From assembly GCA_036630325.1 (NCBI GenBank), contig CP142737.1, forward strand, positions 124,001 to 188,000: a DNA stretch of 64,000 bases, written 5' to 3'. Shown here in pieces: positions 60,602-64,000 of this stretch. How positions within the stretch are numbered: position 1 is the first letter of the stretch; each line of letters starts with the position of its first letter. This DNA is from Vairimorpha necatrix. Its lineage: Eukaryota. Position numbers and translations under genes: made by a program. The notes under the pieces are model-generated. The model made no database searches. It was not told the DNA's origin and saw nothing but the letters and a program-made list of their open reading frames with translations.

Positions 60602-61080
60602 ATGTCTAAGAAGATTGAGTATTTTGTTTACTCGTACACAAAAGACATAAAAAATCTTTGGTCTAATTTTCTATTTAAAAAAACAAAATGCCAAGAGTTT
60701 TTATTTAAAAAAGTTGACGAATATTTGATCATAAGAATTTATTCTGATCATATAAAAATTATTAAAGAAGAAATATTTGATAAATTAAAAGTAAAAATTA
60801 TTTGTGTCAAAATGTTGGAATTACAGACGTAGGATATAAAGATGAATTTATAGATACTTTTAAGACTTTAACTAGAGATTTTAAATATGAGAAAATATCT
60901 GAAGAAAATAAGGAAATATATAATTTTGAAAATGAATATTATAATTTAGAAATGTTTTATAATGAAAACAAGTCTTTATATTTTATAAAATTGTCGGCAT
61001 ATAAAAAAGAAGATTTAGAAAAAGCAAAAGAAGAACTTGAAAATTATTGTAAATTTATGAAGCCAAGCATAGAAATTTAA
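60602..61080 (+). pseudogene. Probably one gene split by a frameshift near 60800; weak Med18-like similarity
   Basis: MSKKIEY... reads on the + strand from 60602 (the track labels it -) and overlaps + ORF 60802-61080 in another frame. The second ORF lacks its own ATG near its start. Confidence 0.55.
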
Positions 61081-61340
61081 AATTTTCATAAATTACCAAT
61101 AAAATCAAATAAATTTTATTTTAACAATTATTATAAGAAGAAACTTTATATTTTAGTATTCTTTATAGAATATTTTTAAATTATTTCTTTATAGAATAAA
61201 TACAGAGTAATAACATAAAATATTATTTTAAAATGTCATATGACATACTAATTCCAGTATATCATATTTTTTATATCAGTTAGATTTGAACACACAAATT
61301 TATAAAAATTTATGCAACGCATCTAACTTTTAAGGGGTAA

Positions 61341-61649
61341 ATGTCAACAGAAAGCATAAAGAAATTGGTACAATTCGAAAAACAAGCAAAAGACATGTTA
61401 GAAGAAGCTAATAATAAATATGAAGAGATGAAAAGACAAGCAAGAGAAGATGCTAAAGAAGTAGTAAAAATTGAGAAAGAAAACAGTAAAAAGAAAATTG
61501 AAGATCTAAAGAAGACAGTTGATGAATATATTGAATTAGTAGAAAAAAATAAGAAAGAAGAATTTGAAGAAAAAATTAAATCTTTAAAAATTAATGATTT
61601 AAAAAATAAACTTGTTGATGAGCTACTAAAGAAAATTTGCAAAAAATAA
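61341..61649 (+). CDS. VMA10: V-ATPase subunit G
   Basis: SIKKLVQFEKQAKDMLEEA...KRQAREDA coiled coil; 102 aa. Confidence 0.8.
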   Translation: MSTESIKKLVQFEKQAKDMLEEANNKYEEMKRQAREDAKEVVKIEKENSKKKIEDLKKTVDEYIELVEKNKKEEFEEKIKSLKINDLKNKLVDELLKKICKK

Positions 61650-62054
61650 ATTAGTTGGTTTATAAACAAACAAAGTGTTTTTTAAAAGCATAAATAAAAA
61701 AAATCCTGCATAAAATAATATGAAAATTTAAACACAAAAAATAATTTGAATGTTTTTGTTTATTGAGTTTGGAAAAACTTGTTTACGATACTGCAAGTAC
61801 AAGGCATTCATTTAACCCATCACCAAGACCCTTAGCTTAGTAATCCTTCTGCTTATATCCCTCATATATTTTTATGAAAGCTAATTTTTAGTCTTGTCAG
61901 TGACAATTAGCTATAGAAAATAAACTTAAATAATATAATAAGGCATGAAAGTTCGATTTGACTTTTATTTAAGTACGAATGCAAATTTATGCTTAAACAT
62001 ACAAGTAGAACAAAATATCTATTTTAATTTAGGTATATGTTAATCTTTCACTGT

Positions 62055-63347
62055 TCATTTTTCAGTGCATAAAAATTCGTCTCCCAGTCCTGAAATATAA
62101 ATCTTCATAATACCATCCTCGTCATACCCGAGTGTACAGACAGAATTAGAAGTTACACTTAAAAGACCTGATAAATTATTAGGAAACTTACTATACAAAA
62201 TATTATTCTCGGTCATAAGATATTTACAGTCTATCTTAAACTTCTTATTCATAAATTTAAAAAGATCTAAGGCAGTAGAATTCTCTCTATGCACTAAATA
62301 TACCCATTTCTTAGAGCACACTGAACAGTCACTGTTCTTATCACTGGGATATAATTCATTATAGAGCTTATTCCCCAGTGTAAGGAAATAATACTTGTTA
62401 GACTTCTCACTGAGGAGCATGAACGAAGCCACAATAGAATTAGTAGTACAAAGGGAAGGAATAATATTATTGGCTATATTCTGAAAGTCGAAGTAACTCA
62501 GAACATCTATCCCTGCTGATTTAGATCTCATACAAGACAATCTGTAAAGTAACTTGACCTTGTAAATTTCATCCTTATCATAATCAGAGATCTTATTATA
62601 TTTCTTAAGAAGGAAAGATATATACTTTATTAATTTCTTTATATCTCTTCTGATTTTATTATAAAATAAATCCAGAGAAACTTGGTCCTTATTTACTAGT
62701 AAGTTACTAACTACAAATTTCTTGTAAAACTTCCTTGGTGCTCTAAATTTCTTGATGATTTCCTTGAAATCAAATTCGTCGTCAAAGAAGACACTTTTTA
62801 CAAACTCAATACAATGCTCAAATTTAGTAGGAATAGATCTTATAGTGCACAAATTGTATGTCTTCTGATTGGGTTTAGGAAGGCAATCAAAGCATTCATT
62901 AGAATAGTCAAAAATACAAGATTGTCCTTTAAATCCACTTGATCCGCCATCTATAAGTTTTATATTTCCCAAAAAGCATCTCAGATTGACATATGAACGA
63001 GTCTCATTATTATCAAGACAATTATAAACCACATCAAACTTCTTAAAAAAATCTAGATCGTATTTGAAAATAGATTCAGTTATTGTTGTAACATCCCAAT
63101 TTGTGAGATCTTTGATCTTCTGTCCTACTACTTCAGATTTATATTTGCCAATATCTTGTTCAGTAAAGAAAAACTGACGATTTAGATTTGTAAGTTCTAT
63201 AGTATCAAAATCTATAATAGTGATCTTTAGTTCTGATGATAGACATAATAATTTAGATAATTCACATCCTATACCACCAGCACCAACAACTAGAACATTC
63301 TTCACATGGGTCTTATGTTCCGAGACAGAATAAATATTTTCAACCAT
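62055..63347 (-). CDS. UBA2: SUMO-activating enzyme subunit Uba2
   Basis: VVGAGGIGCEL, TNLNRQF, CFDC, CTIRSIPTKFEHCI, NIIPSLCTTN. Confidence 0.88.
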   Translation of the reverse strand: MVENIYSVSEHKTHVKNVLVVGAGGIGCELSKLLCLSSELKITIIDFDTIELTNLNRQFFFTEQDIGKYKSEVVGQKIKDLTNWDVTTITESIFKYDLDFFKKFDVVYNCLDNNETRSYVNLRCFLGNIKLIDGGSSGFKGQSCIFDYSNECFDCLPKPNQKTYNLCTIRSIPTKFEHCIEFVKSVFFDDEFDFKEIIKKFRAPRKFYKKFVVSNLLVNKDQVSLDLFYNKIRRDIKKLIKYISFLLKKYNKISDYDKDEIYKVKLLYRLSCMRSKSAGIDVLSYFDFQNIANNIIPSLCTTNSIVASFMLLSEKSNKYYFLTLGNKLYNELYPSDKNSDCSVCSKKWVYLVHRENSTALDLFKFMNKKFKIDCKYLMTENNILYSKFPNNLSGLLSVTSNSVCTLGYDEDGIMKIYISGLGDEFLCTEK

Positions 63348-64000
63348 AAAAGGGCAAAATATATAAGATTTAATAGTAATTAATAGACAATATAATATGA
63401 GATAAATTAAGTTATAAGATCATATATATAAGAGTATAAATGTTAGCCAATATACAACTGACGTCAAGATATATAAGCATAAGCTTCATGGAAAAATATT
63501 TACAAGAAATAATATAAGATTATATGTAAATGATCATTAAGCAAGACCCACGAGAATTACGACCTTAAAACTTACGATAGTTAATATATTTATTGAAAAA
63601 AAATAAATTCAATTTCCTATTCTGATTCTCAAACGGCGAATCATAATTGACCATTGATTATTACAATAGTATACAATATGTCGAAGAATTAAATTAGATT
63701 ATAAAAAGTACAACAGCTTCGCGATTATAATTGTAGATAAATATATGTTAAAATTTCCATCGAAAGGTATGAATTGTAAGCTTTTATAATTTGTGCTGTA
63801 GAGACGAGAAAGAAGCACAAATACGACTTGTATGAAGTTCATGTGGGTATTATTTACAGACTTATGTTTAATATTGCTCCTTGTATGTTGACTCAGAAAA
63901 TAATTATAACTAATTTTCACGGCAAACACCTAAAAGTAAGATTAAAACTTTAACGAAAGCATACATACAGACAAGAGTCAAAAATTTTAAATTGTAAAGT

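Overview
AT-rich, intron-poor eukaryotic DNA, most likely microsporidian (Nosema/Vairimorpha-like): shortened housekeeping genes with tiny intergenic spacers and a CCC motif just upstream of most ATGs. About 1-30 kb is gene-poor and accessory. It holds a paralogous family of secreted-looking proteins with a basic motif (intact and pseudogenised copies), a decayed Ty3/Gypsy element, a 749-bp TRIM with identical 55-bp LTRs, a Merlin DNA transposon, a tRNA-headed SINE and several structured non-coding islands. About 30-51 kb and 58-63 kb are a dense housekeeping core (Sec24, PRA1, Esf1, Spc24, RPL30, Ste24, GPN1, GDI, Pfs2, Utp7, CK2, Tsr1, Mus81, ProRS, Rad16, E2F, V-ATPase G, Uba2). The core is interrupted at 51.4-57.8 kb by a pogo-like element and a second SINE copy. 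The most notable observation is that both SINE copies share two short, mutually complementary blocks with a ~310-nt structured non-coding locus in the core (37234-37547, minus strand). These blocks resemble the P4 helix of RNase P/MRP RNA. All gene names come from motif recognition by eye, and no searches or folding programs were run.
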